DNA of 52,213 nucleotides from Candidatus Anoxychlamydiales bacterium (GTDB lineage Bacteria; Chlamydiota; Chlamydiia; Chlamydiales; SM23-39): NCBI GenBank assembly GCA_011065175.1, contig JAAKFE010000002.1, positions 1 to 52,213 of the forward strand, read 5' to 3'. Shown piece by piece: positions 43,842 to 52,213 of this stretch (position 1 is its first letter; each line of letters starts with the position of its first letter). The notes under the pieces were generated by a model. It saw only the letters and a program-made list of their open reading frames with translations, ran no database searches and was not told where the DNA came from. The position numbers and the translations under genes were made by a program.

Positions 43842-45369
43842 GACTCTCTATTTTTTCTTCAAGCTGATCTATAGATTTATCTAAATTTTTAAGCCTTAGT
43901 TTTTCTTCATCGATTAAATCTCTTAACATCATTGCCTTTTCAAATCCCAAGCTAGAGGCGGCTAGTTGTTTATTTAAATTATCTAAATGACTTTTTAAAG
44001 TTTGTCTCCTTTTCTTTTTTTGTTCAAAGACTAAAAGAAACTGATTTAGTTCATCAGAAGAGTTTAGAGTTTGTTTTTCTTTTTTCTCTTCGATTAAGTG
44101 ATATAGCGCTCTAAAATCTTTTTCTAAAATTAATTTTTCAAATTTAGCTAAATCAAATCCATTTAATTTTTCTTCAATTTGATTTTTTTCTTGCTCTAGC
44201 TCATCTATAGAAAGCTCAGATTTATCTAATAGGGTTTTTATATCATTTTTGATTTGATCTAATTTTGTTTTTCTATTTTTTTCTCTTTCATCTTCGACAC
44301 TTATTTTTTTTTCTTTTATTTTCTTTTTCTTTTGATGAATTGGAGCCTTAGCTTCGTTTATTTTAAATTTTAAAAATTTGATATCTTCATTTTTCAAACT
44401 CAATGTTTTAATAAAATTAAAGATCTCTTTTTCTTCATTTAAAATATCTTTATCATTTGGATTGGTTTCACACATTTTTTTCAAATTTTCAATTTTTAAA
44501 AGGGCTTGATCTATAAATCCTTTAGATTTTTGTCTTTCTTTTTTATAACTTTTCTCAGCTAATTTTACTTTGTCCCAACATTTAGACAGGGTTAATCGAC
44601 AATTTGTAAAAGCCTCAGTATTCAAAGTTAATTTTTTTGCTAAATTTTGAAGATTTTTTATTGCATCTTTTAAAATAAAAAAGGAGACTTTTTTAAGATC
44701 AAAATTTTTAGCAAAACCATCTATTGAAATAGAAAATTCTTCACTTACAGAATCAACTATTTTTTTTCTTTTTGGAAAAATAATATCTCCAATGATAGCG
44801 AATCTTTTTAAAAATTTATTTTTAGCACTTATTCGCATTTGAGTTTTGATGGTTTCTTTTCTAAGAGAGTTTATTCTCGCTGCAAAAGCATTTAAAAGAT
44901 CTAACTCTTTTTGAGATTCAATAAAAAAGCTTTTCTTATAGACAAGCGACTTCAGCTTTTCATTGATCTCTATTTTTTTCATGGCAAGTAAAACGGCATC
45001 GTACTTTTTTAAATCTGCTTCTAATGAATTTATTGCTAAATCAATTTGCTCTACTTCAAAATTAGTTTGCTCACTTAAAATATTTTTAAGGCTTTTAACT
45101 TCATTAGATAGATCTATATATTCCTTCCAAAAAAGAATTCTTGAAGTTGCATTTAATGGAGTTTTAAATAGAACTAAACATCTATTTTTTATATCCCAAA
45201 AAGTTTTAAAATCAGGTTTATTTTCTTTAGATATTGCTTTTTTCATCTCTTCTAAAGATAGTTTTATTTTATCTTCATTTGAAGAGAGGTTTTCTAATTT
45301 TTTTAAAAAATCAAGATCTTCTGTTTGGGTTGAATCATTATTTTGTTTTGAAAAAGAATTTTCATTCAT
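43828..45369 (-). CDS. Large coiled-coil protein, hypothetical (possibly DUF349-like helical repeats)
   Basis: 513 aa. Lys/Glu-rich heptad-like sequence; recurring FW..K/WKEY elements near the N-terminus. Confidence 0.5.
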   Translation of the reverse strand: MNENSFSKQNNDSTQTEDLDFLKKLENLSSNEDKIKLSLEEMKKAISKENKPDFKTFWDIKNRCLVLFKTPLNATSRILFWKEYIDLSNEVKSLKNILSEQTNFEVEQIDLAINSLEADLKKYDAVLLAMKKIEINEKLKSLVYKKSFFIESQKELDLLNAFAARINSLRKETIKTQMRISAKNKFLKRFAIIGDIIFPKRKKIVDSVSEEFSISIDGFAKNFDLKKVSFFILKDAIKNLQNLAKKLTLNTEAFTNCRLTLSKCWDKVKLAEKSYKKERQKSKGFIDQALLKIENLKKMCETNPNDKDILNEEKEIFNFIKTLSLKNEDIKFLKFKINEAKAPIHQKKKKIKEKKISVEDEREKNRKTKLDQIKNDIKTLLDKSELSIDELEQEKNQIEEKLNGFDLAKFEKLILEKDFRALYHLIEEKKEKQTLNSSDELNQFLLVFEQKKKRRQTLKSHLDNLNKQLAASSLGFEKAMMLRDLIDEEKLRLKNLDKSIDQLEEKIESLESN

Positions 45370-45613
45370 AACACTATCCTTTTAAGAAAAAATATATCTT
45401 TTGAAAAGAAAGACAAAAGTTTATAAAAATAGATCTTTTTAAGTAAAACACTTTTCCAGATAATTTACTTCACAAGTTTAACTTTAAAATTGAATTTCAC
45501 AAAATGCAAGCAAAAAATTAAAAAGAAGAAAAATTATTGAAAATTTATTATCAAAAATCGCTAGATCATGAAAAAATGCTTCTTAGCTTTTTTCCAAAGC
45601 GTTATTAATTTCT

Positions 45614-46639
45614 TTACATCGACTGTTCATAGTCTTGCAAAATATATTCTTTTGCTTTTTCTATGCCAATTTCTTTAAGATTTAAAGGACGAAAATTTTT
45701 CTCTTTTTTAAACCAAGTAAACTGTCTTTTGACATATTTTTTAGAGGCTTTTTTAAATTCTTCGATAAATGTGATTCTATCATCTAAATTTTGATTTGAA
45801 TTCAAAAACTTTAAACACTGTCTATAACCTATTGCTTGAGATGCTGAATAGTTATCTTCAAGTCCTTTACTTTTAAGTTTTTTTACTTCTTCAATAAAAC
45901 CATTTTCAATCATCTGATCGCATCTTTTATCTATAAAATCATAAATATCTTCTTTGGGAAGATATAAAAACCATAGCCTATAATTATAAAGGGGTTTTTG
46001 ATTCACATCAGGCTTTGGAATTTCACTTACCTTTTTTTTTGTTATGCTCATAATCTCGAGAGCCCTAACTATTTTATGTTTATCCCTATATGTGATCGTT
46101 TTTGCATATTCAGGATCTAACATTTGCAGCCTTTCATATAAAACATCTGCTCCCATCTCCTCTAATTGCTCTTCTATTTTTTTTCTAATTTCTAAATTCG
46201 AAGGGGGGCCAAGTGGGGGGCCATATAAAAATGCATGAAGATAAAAACCACTGCCTCCTACAACTATAGGGACCTTGCCTTTAAATAGAATTTGTCTACA
46301 TGCGCGATGAGCAACTCTATAAAATTCAGAAACATTAAAACTTTCTGTAATCTCTTTTATATCTAATAAATGATGAACTACTTTTTTTTGCTGTTCTAAA
46401 CTTGCTTTTGCTGTACCAATATCCATGTCTTTATATACCTGCATGGAATCGGATGAGATAATTTCACCACCTAAAATTCCAGCAATAGAAATAGCTAGAT
46501 CTGTTTTCCCAACAGCAGTTGGCCCTGCGATTACTATTACCTTTTTTTTAGCGATCTCATTTTGATTTTTTTTTCTAAGAGGCAGATACAGCGCAGTAAC
46601 TTGATCTTGTATATCATCAGTATTATAAAAAATGCTCAC
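45614..46639 (-). CDS. miaA: tRNA dimethylallyltransferase
   Basis: 341 aa. P-loop GPTAVGKT, SSDSMQVYKDMDIGTAK. Confidence 0.9.
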   Translation of the reverse strand: MSIFYNTDDIQDQVTALYLPLRKKNQNEIAKKKVIVIAGPTAVGKTDLAISIAGILGGEIISSDSMQVYKDMDIGTAKASLEQQKKVVHHLLDIKEITESFNVSEFYRVAHRACRQILFKGKVPIVVGGSGFYLHAFLYGPPLGPPSNLEIRKKIEEQLEEMGADVLYERLQMLDPEYAKTITYRDKHKIVRALEIMSITKKKVSEIPKPDVNQKPLYNYRLWFLYLPKEDIYDFIDKRCDQMIENGFIEEVKKLKSKGLEDNYSASQAIGYRQCLKFLNSNQNLDDRITFIEEFKKASKKYVKRQFTWFKKEKNFRPLNLKEIGIEKAKEYILQDYEQSM

Positions 46640-46986
46640 AGATTTTTCTCTAAGATAGCTTCTTTTTCATTTTTATAAATATCTAAAATCTTATCAAACC
46701 CCGTTAGCTTAATAATATCCATAACATCTTCTGTAACAGAAAAAATAGAGACTCTTTTTTTACTTTCTTTATATTTTTTTGTAAAAGACAAGAGCACTCT
46801 AAGACCCGCACTCGACAAGTAATCTATATTTGAAAAATCTAGAAGCACTGTATCGCGACCGTCTTTTAATAAAACATTTAATCTATTTTGCAAAAACGAA
46901 GATGATGATGCATCTAATCTTCCAAGAAGCCTTAAAATAACTATCCTATCTATTTCTTCTGCTTTAATTTCTAACCCCAAAACCAT
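46636..46986 (-). CDS. rsbV: STAS-domain anti-sigma-factor antagonist (RsbV-like)
   Basis: 116 aa. DFSNIDYLSSAGLRVLL contains the conserved phosphorylatable Ser context. 4-nt overlap with miaA. Confidence 0.75.
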   Translation of the reverse strand: MVLGLEIKAEEIDRIVILRLLGRLDASSSSFLQNRLNVLLKDGRDTVLLDFSNIDYLSSAGLRVLLSFTKKYKESKKRVSIFSVTEDVMDIIKLTGFDKILDIYKNEKEAILEKNL

Positions 46987-47200
46987 TTAGTTTGCCTTTG
47001 TTATTACTAACAATAAGATTTACAAAAAATACTTTTTTTTATCCAGACTTTTTTTAGCCAAAATAAATAGAAAAATTTTGAGGCGAATATGAAGGTGAAA
47101 ATGAGAGAATTATTACCAAAAGTTCAAAATTTTATACAGGCATTTGATGGAGCAACATTATCAATGTAAAATTAAATCATTATAAATTTTATTTAAACAT

Positions 47201-48127
47201 CTATAAATAATAAAGTGGATTTTCAAATCTATATTTCAATTTTCGAACTATTACTTCAAGATTTCTTTTATCATCTCTAGTGTGGCATTCCCTTTTTAAA
47301 TATCTCAAGAGCCCTGGATAATCTATATCTTTAAAAGCTAAAAAAACTTCTCTAGGCATTTTAGCTATTAGTACTTCCGCTACAGTCCAAAAACTATAGA
47401 CTAGAGCCACGTACAATAAACTTTGACCGGATTGAATTCGAAGATTCAAGGCTTCAGGCCTTTTATTGATAATTTGTTCAACAAATCCATGCCACTCGGG
47501 ATTTTCTATTGCTACTTGTAAGATGGTTTGTAAGCTGTAATCTTGATAACTAAAAGCTTCTTGGGGCATTTTTTTGATTATTTGATCAACTGCTTTTTCT
47601 AACTTCCTTTTGTCATCACCTGTAAACCCAAGTGTATATATATCTTTTAAAAGTATATGTAAAAGTGTTTGGGACCTACTATTTAGAACACCTAACGCTT
47701 CATCAGGAATTTCTGAAATTAGTTTTAATAAAGATTTATCTTTTGAAATCATCATTAATTCCATTATCCGTGGTATTAATTCCATAGGAATTTTATCGAC
47801 ATCTTTTAATCCTGATACTGTTCCAATACTTAAAGAAATAAAATGTAAAATTAATGTTTGTTCAATATACTCTTCCTGATGACCCAGAACAGATTTTTTG
47901 GAAGCTATCTTGATTCTATCATCTAAAGACAATGCTGTTTCCCTTAGAGCTTCAACGAAATAATATCGATTATTTTCAGGTATTTTTGTAGCAATTTTTA
48001 TTATTCTTCCGATAAGTTTATCTGCTTGTATTTTTTGAATAGCTGCTTGCACAGTTGTTAAAGGGTCTAAATCGAAAGTCATTGGTGTCAATTGATTTAT
48101 TTCTTGAAAACAATCTCTAATATTCAT
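47201..48127 (-). CDS. Hypothetical protein, possibly degenerate ankyrin-like helical repeats
   Basis: 308 aa. Segments such as NSRSQTLLHILLKD and SGQSLLYVALVYSFWTVAEVLIAK loosely resemble ANK repeats. Flanked by long spacers on both sides. Confidence 0.45.
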   Translation of the reverse strand: MNIRDCFQEINQLTPMTFDLDPLTTVQAAIQKIQADKLIGRIIKIATKIPENNRYYFVEALRETALSLDDRIKIASKKSVLGHQEEYIEQTLILHFISLSIGTVSGLKDVDKIPMELIPRIMELMMISKDKSLLKLISEIPDEALGVLNSRSQTLLHILLKDIYTLGFTGDDKRKLEKAVDQIIKKMPQEAFSYQDYSLQTILQVAIENPEWHGFVEQIINKRPEALNLRIQSGQSLLYVALVYSFWTVAEVLIAKMPREVFLAFKDIDYPGLLRYLKRECHTRDDKRNLEVIVRKLKYRFENPLYYL

Positions 48128-48515
48128 AAAGTTTTCTCCTTATTAATTAATTATTTTTTAATAAATTAAACTTTTTTTAATAAATCATATTTTATATTAT
48201 TACTTTTTAATATACTTTATGTCAAACATAACATTAACGCAAATAGCATAAATCAATTCCTCAAAAATGCAAGAAATCACATATCAGCCAACTATGAAAA
48301 ATGAAATTAAAATATGCCAAATCATAAGTTATTTATAAACAATCATTTGGAACAACACCTCAAAAAATACTAACCTGCCAGAAGAACTGAAGAATCAATA
48401 CTCTAATTTAATTTTTAAAATAATTTTTGCGATTTTTAAATCATAAGCAATTACATTTATGCGATTTATGTAGCTTTTCTCGCTAAACAGTTGAATGTTA
48501 GACACATGCAACAAA

Positions 48516-48538
48516 AAAATCATTTTTTAAATGATTTT
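48516..48538 (-). terminator. Intrinsic terminator downstream of ftsQ (end of dcw transcription unit)
   Basis: aaaatcattt (48516-48525) / aaatgatttt (48529-48538). On the minus strand the hairpin is followed by a U-run (plus-strand A-run 48513-48519). Confidence 0.55.
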
Positions 48539-48544
48539 AATAAT

Positions 48545-49441
48545 TTACTGATCAATAAAAGCTAATTTTGAAATTCTCATATCTATTGTTTTAGGATTAA
48601 ATCTAACTACATCTGATGTAACTTCAAAACTAGAAGCTTGATTTTCATAATCTTTAATAATTTTTTTTCGAAGTGATGCATAATTTGAGAGCTGCTCTAA
48701 AAAATTATCAGTGGAGAGTCTTAAAATCTTTGGAAAGACAAATTGAACATTTTTTTCTTCTTTATTGATTGATACCACCTCATCTATTTGCAGAACTATT
48801 TCTCTTTTACCATAGCTTTGTAAAAAAGCTCTGGACGTATCTAACATGGTTATTTTTACAAGATCTGAAAAGCCGCTACTTTCTAACTTATTTAACATCT
48901 CTAAAGCTAATTTAGCTTCTTTTGTATCTATTTTTTCAAAACCTTTAAACTCATCTAAATTGAGATAAATCTTGCAAAAGTCAAAATCTTTAAAAAAGGG
49001 ATCTTTTGGAAAAATATAACCTTCTTGATCAATTAAAATATTATCAAAATCAAAAAGAGCTGCTTTTGGTTTTCTAAGAGTATAATCTACAAAAATGCAA
49101 TCAGGTTTCATTTTTTTTAGAGTTGCATCAATAATTAAGGGGCTTTTAAGAAGTTTTTTAGCTGCTTCTTTTTCATCGAATAAAAATATATTTGTTGGTT
49201 TATCAAAAGACAGATCGAGCATCTCAGCTAAATAATTTACATCTAAATTTAAATCTAGATTTACATCTTTTTTATCTTGATAGATTGTTTTGATATTATA
49301 TTTTTCTAAAACATATCTTGTTTGTCTATATTTTTTAATTTTTGTGATAACAAAATAGTTAAATCCAGAAATGATAAGAGTTGAAAAAATTATCCAAAAA
49401 AAAGCTTTTGATTTAGGTAGTTTTTCTGTCATATTTTTCAT
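48545..49441 (-). CDS. ftsQ: Cell-division protein FtsQ-like (single TM + POTRA)
   Basis: Start trimmed to MKNMTEKL (ATG 49441-49439), just after the murC-ddl stop. TM AFFWIIFSTLIISGFNYFVI, then a POTRA-like pattern (IKTIY...NYLAEMLDL...NIFLFD...LLKSPLIIDATLKKMKPDCIFVDYTLRKPKA). Position downstream of murC-ddl. Confidence 0.6.
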   Translation of the reverse strand: MKNMTEKLPKSKAFFWIIFSTLIISGFNYFVITKIKKYRQTRYVLEKYNIKTIYQDKKDVNLDLNLDVNYLAEMLDLSFDKPTNIFLFDEKEAAKKLLKSPLIIDATLKKMKPDCIFVDYTLRKPKAALFDFDNILIDQEGYIFPKDPFFKDFDFCKIYLNLDEFKGFEKIDTKEAKLALEMLNKLESSGFSDLVKITMLDTSRAFLQSYGKREIVLQIDEVVSINKEEKNVQFVFPKILRLSTDNFLEQLSNYASLRKKIIKDYENQASSFEVTSDVVRFNPKTIDMRISKLAFIDQ

Positions 49442-49445
49442 TATA

Positions 49446-51863
49446 CTACCTTCCAAATATTTTATTTTTTCTTTTTTTATGAAGAGCATAAATCACAAAT
49501 TGATCGATCATCTTTTTATTATCAAAACCGATTAATTCAAGCATTTTTGCAAAAGTACTATTATTAGATGAAAATCCAGGGATTGGGTTTATTTCAGAGA
49601 AAAAGATATTTTCATCTTTATCAATGAAAAAATCGATTCTTGCAAATCCATTTAATTTTAAAACTAAATATACTTTTTTTGTCAGTTTTTTTATTTCATC
49701 TATTTGCTTACGACCTAAATTAGCAGGTATTTTCGCTTTTACAATCTTTTTTTCATATTTATTTTCAAAATCAAAAAATTCTCCAAAAGCCTCCATCTCG
49801 GCTATTTCCCCTACTTCAATATAATCATTTCCCATTACTGCTGTGTGTATCTCTCGAGCTTTTATTTTCTCTTCTATAATAAAAGATGTATCATATCTAA
49901 AAACTTTTTCGATAGCTGATTTGAGGTTTATTTTATCTTCTACAATTTCAATTCCCAAGCTAGAGCCTAAATGATTTGGTTTTAAAATTATTGGAAATTT
50001 AAATTTTTTTTCTATTTCTGAAAAAATCTTATTTTTATTTTCTCTATAATCTATTTTGTTGATTTCCAAAAAATCTAAAGTATCGATACCATTTGCTTTT
50101 ACAATAGTTTTAGAAAAAGCTTTATCCATTGCAACTGGGCTTGCAAAATAATCTGAGCCAATATAGGCAATATTTAGAGTCTCAAAAAAAGCACCTATCA
50201 TACCATCTTCACCCATGGGCCCGTGAAAAACCGGAAAACAAAGATCTAAAGAAGTAAGTTCTTTTAAAATTTTTTCAGATAAAAGATCATCTGATTTTTC
50301 ATCATTTGCATCAAAAATATCTTTTTTATGAATCCAGCATCCTTCTTTAGTTATTTTAAAATATTTCAGATCATAAAAATCTTTATCAAAACCCAAGAGA
50401 TAATTTTTCATGGATTTTATTGAGATATCATGCTCGTTAGATCTTCCGCCATAGATTATCCCAACTTTTAATTTTTTTAAAAATTTTATTGAAAAGTTTT
50501 TTGAAATTTCTCTAATTTTAGAAGAAATATCGCCAGCGCCTAAGGCAACAACAACATCGAAAGGATATAAATTTTCAAATAAATATTTTTCTAAATTTTT
50601 ATCTTTAATATGTTTTATTTTTACGTCTATATTTTGTTTTTTTATTAGATTAACTAAAAGCTTTTCATCGATATTTTCAATTGGTTTTTCAGATGAGCTA
50701 TAGATATCTGTAATGATAAGCTCATCTACATCATTAAAACTTTTTGAGAAACCATCTAAAAGATCTTTTATTCTTGAATATCTATGAGGCTGAAAAACAG
50801 CTATTAGCCGTCTTTCTTTAATAGAAGATCTAATCGAAGATAGAGTAGCCTTGATTTCAGTTGGGTGGTGAGCGTAATCATCAAAAAATGTTATTTTTTG
50901 ATGATCTAATATTTTCTCTAACCTTCTTTTGACTCCCAAAAAATTTAAAAGAGCTTTTTTTATTTCTTTTTCATCAATTTTTAGCTGATAAGCTAATCCA
51001 AAAGCTGAAAGAGCATTTAAAACATTATGTGAACCTATTAGATTTATTTTAATATTTTTGAGAGTTTTATCAAAAAACTTTATATCAAAAATAGTTTGAA
51101 AATTTTTTACTTTAACATTTATTGCTCTAAGATTTGCATCTTTTGAAAACCCAAAAGATATACCTTTTGGATTTAAAAATTTTAAATTTTTATCATCTAT
51201 ACACCAAAACAGATGATTTTTATTTTCAATTTTATCAAAAAATTTTAAAAATGCCTTTTTTAAATTATCAAAAGTCTTCCAGTAATTTAGATGATCTTCT
51301 TCTAAATTTGTAACTATTGCACCAAATGGTTTATTTGTAATGTTTATAAAAGAGCCATCACTTTCATCTGCTTCTGCAATAAAATATTTGCCTTTTCCAA
51401 AATGAGCATTTGTATTTTTCGAGTTTAAAACTCCTCCTATTACAAAAGAAGGGTCTAAATCACTTTGTAAAAAAATTTCTGTTAATAGCGCTGTTGTTGT
51501 TGTTTTTCCGTGAGTTCCTGTGATTAATATAGGTTTTGATTTTAACATCAACTGATCTAAAAGATCAGATCTATGAAGTATTTTTAGATTTAAATTTTTA
51601 GCTTGCAGATATTCTTCATTATTTTTATCGATAGCAGAAGAGATAACAACTATGTCATTTAAAAATACATTTTCTTTTTTATGGCCGATTTCAATTTTTG
51701 CGCCTCTTTTTTTTAACTCATCTATTGAAGAGTTTTTTTTGATATCAGAACCTTTAACTATGTTTTTTTTTTGAAGTAATATTTTGGCAATAGCACTCAT
51801 GCCAATTCCGCCAATTCCGATGAAGTGATAGGATTTTTTTGGCTTAACTTTTTGAAACATCAA
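49446..51863 (-). CDS. murC-ddl: Fused UDP-N-acetylmuramate--L-alanine ligase / D-alanine--D-alanine ligase (MurC-Ddl)
   Basis: 805 aa. MurC part GIGGIGMSAIA and GTHGKTTT; Ddl part VGIIYGGRSNEHDISIKS and EINPIPGF. This fusion is a known Chlamydiae hallmark. Confidence 0.9.
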   Translation of the reverse strand: MMFQKVKPKKSYHFIGIGGIGMSAIAKILLQKKNIVKGSDIKKNSSIDELKKRGAKIEIGHKKENVFLNDIVVISSAIDKNNEEYLQAKNLNLKILHRSDLLDQLMLKSKPILITGTHGKTTTTALLTEIFLQSDLDPSFVIGGVLNSKNTNAHFGKGKYFIAEADESDGSFINITNKPFGAIVTNLEEDHLNYWKTFDNLKKAFLKFFDKIENKNHLFWCIDDKNLKFLNPKGISFGFSKDANLRAINVKVKNFQTIFDIKFFDKTLKNIKINLIGSHNVLNALSAFGLAYQLKIDEKEIKKALLNFLGVKRRLEKILDHQKITFFDDYAHHPTEIKATLSSIRSSIKERRLIAVFQPHRYSRIKDLLDGFSKSFNDVDELIITDIYSSSEKPIENIDEKLLVNLIKKQNIDVKIKHIKDKNLEKYLFENLYPFDVVVALGAGDISSKIREISKNFSIKFLKKLKVGIIYGGRSNEHDISIKSMKNYLLGFDKDFYDLKYFKITKEGCWIHKKDIFDANDEKSDDLLSEKILKELTSLDLCFPVFHGPMGEDGMIGAFFETLNIAYIGSDYFASPVAMDKAFSKTIVKANGIDTLDFLEINKIDYRENKNKIFSEIEKKFKFPIILKPNHLGSSLGIEIVEDKINLKSAIEKVFRYDTSFIIEEKIKAREIHTAVMGNDYIEVGEIAEMEAFGEFFDFENKYEKKIVKAKIPANLGRKQIDEIKKLTKKVYLVLKLNGFARIDFFIDKDENIFFSEINPIPGFSSNNSTFAKMLELIGFDNKKMIDQFVIYALHKKRKNKIFGR

Positions 51864-52213
51864 TTACAATATCTTTTAAATCTTTTATATTTTTTAACTT
51901 TTGTATAGTTTTAAATTTTTGAATATTTTCTTTAAAAAGACAAAGCTTTTTTTTGTCATTTTTTAAGTAAGATAAAATTTCATTTAAAAGAGTAGATTTT
52001 GAGAGGCCATCTTCTGTAATTACAGAAGAAGATTTCACAATATTTTTCATGAAGAGAGCATTTTTTAGCTGATGATTATCTTTTGCTCTTTTAAAAGGCA
52101 CTAAAATAGAGGGTTTTTCAAAATAAATCAGCTCTGAAATAGATGCAGCTCCCGATCTTGAGATAACAAGATCTGATATCTTATAAAATCTGAAAAAATC
52201 TTTTTCAAAATTA
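51844..52213 (-). CDS. murG: MurG glycosyltransferase, C-terminal part (gene continues past the right window edge)
   Basis: The reading frame is open to the window edge. Hand translation: NFEKDFFRFYKISDLVISRSGAASISELIYFEKPSILVPFKRAKDNHQLKNALFM... matches the MurG C-terminal signature (ADLVISR.GA....E......P.ILVP.....NHQ..NA). The ORF track shows only the last 85 codons. Confidence 0.8.
   Translation of the reverse strand, partial: NFEKDFFRFYKISDLVISRSGAASISELIYFEKPSILVPFKRAKDNHQLKNALFMKNIVKSSSVITEDGLSKSTLLNEILSYLKNDKKKLCLFKENIQKFKTIQKLKNIKDLKDIVIDVSKS

Noticed and set aside
1-52213. Search by eye for tRNA, rRNA, tmRNA, RNase P RNA, riboswitches, transposases, integrases and phage genes
   Set aside because: No cloverleaf-like GC-rich ~75-nt segments (e.g. 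GGTTCGAATCC-type T-arms) or other recognisable signatures were seen. The only GC-rich non-coding patch is the putative ffs. A covariance-model scan would be needed to be certain.

Overview
This is a ~52 kb, very AT-rich bacterial chromosome segment. Spot counts of single 60-nt coding lines give about 27% G+C. Gene content points to an obligate-intracellular member of the Chlamydiae. Markers are a fused murC-ddl next to murG and ftsQ, an aroA-aroK-aroC-aroB-aroDE operon ending in a fused aroD/aroE, a lysine-rich histone-like protein, an RsbV-type STAS protein and Inc-like bilobed membrane proteins. No finer taxonomic call is possible from the sequence alone.

I support about 50 protein genes. 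Three are absent from the ORF track: a truncated RhuM gene at the left edge, a 50-codon basic protein, and the full extent of the truncated murG at the right edge. There is one probable ncRNA (SRP/4.5S RNA, minus strand, ~4430-4512) and several hairpin terminators. I saw no tRNA, rRNA, CRISPR array, transposase or integrase.

Most of the window is housekeeping: PIN-PhoH, RmuC, PssA, M16 and M50 proteases, HtrA, FtsY, PriA, the shikimate operon, LysS, CysS, Aas-like fusion, BioY, Nudix, FabF, RsfS, NadD, MiaA and dcw genes.

The parts worth a second look:
1. A compositionally foreign (~50% G+C) single-gene island at 31802-33238. It encodes an Inc-like membrane hairpin fused to a self-processing C45/acid-ceramidase-type Ntn hydrolase.
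2. A self-promoted wHTH + minimal nucleotidyltransferase gene pair, bracketed by a 14-bp-perfect direct repeat and sitting next to RhuM (249-1294).
3. Three tandem 17-bp palindrome-containing units that also read as chained UAAUG mini-ORFs, immediately upstream of rsfS. A near-identical palindrome lies in front of the foreign hydrolase gene.
4. A 33-residue helical-repeat (PPR/TPR-like) protein built from near-identical 99-bp repeats.
5. A membrane-protein gene split at an A8 tract.
6. Several small or oddly built proteins: a Gly/Ser-tailed peptide, an AP2-like 50-mer, an acidic peptide next to the histone-like protein, and leader-bearing methyltransferase and SDR enzymes.

All functional calls rest on motif recognition by eye. 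No database search was run.
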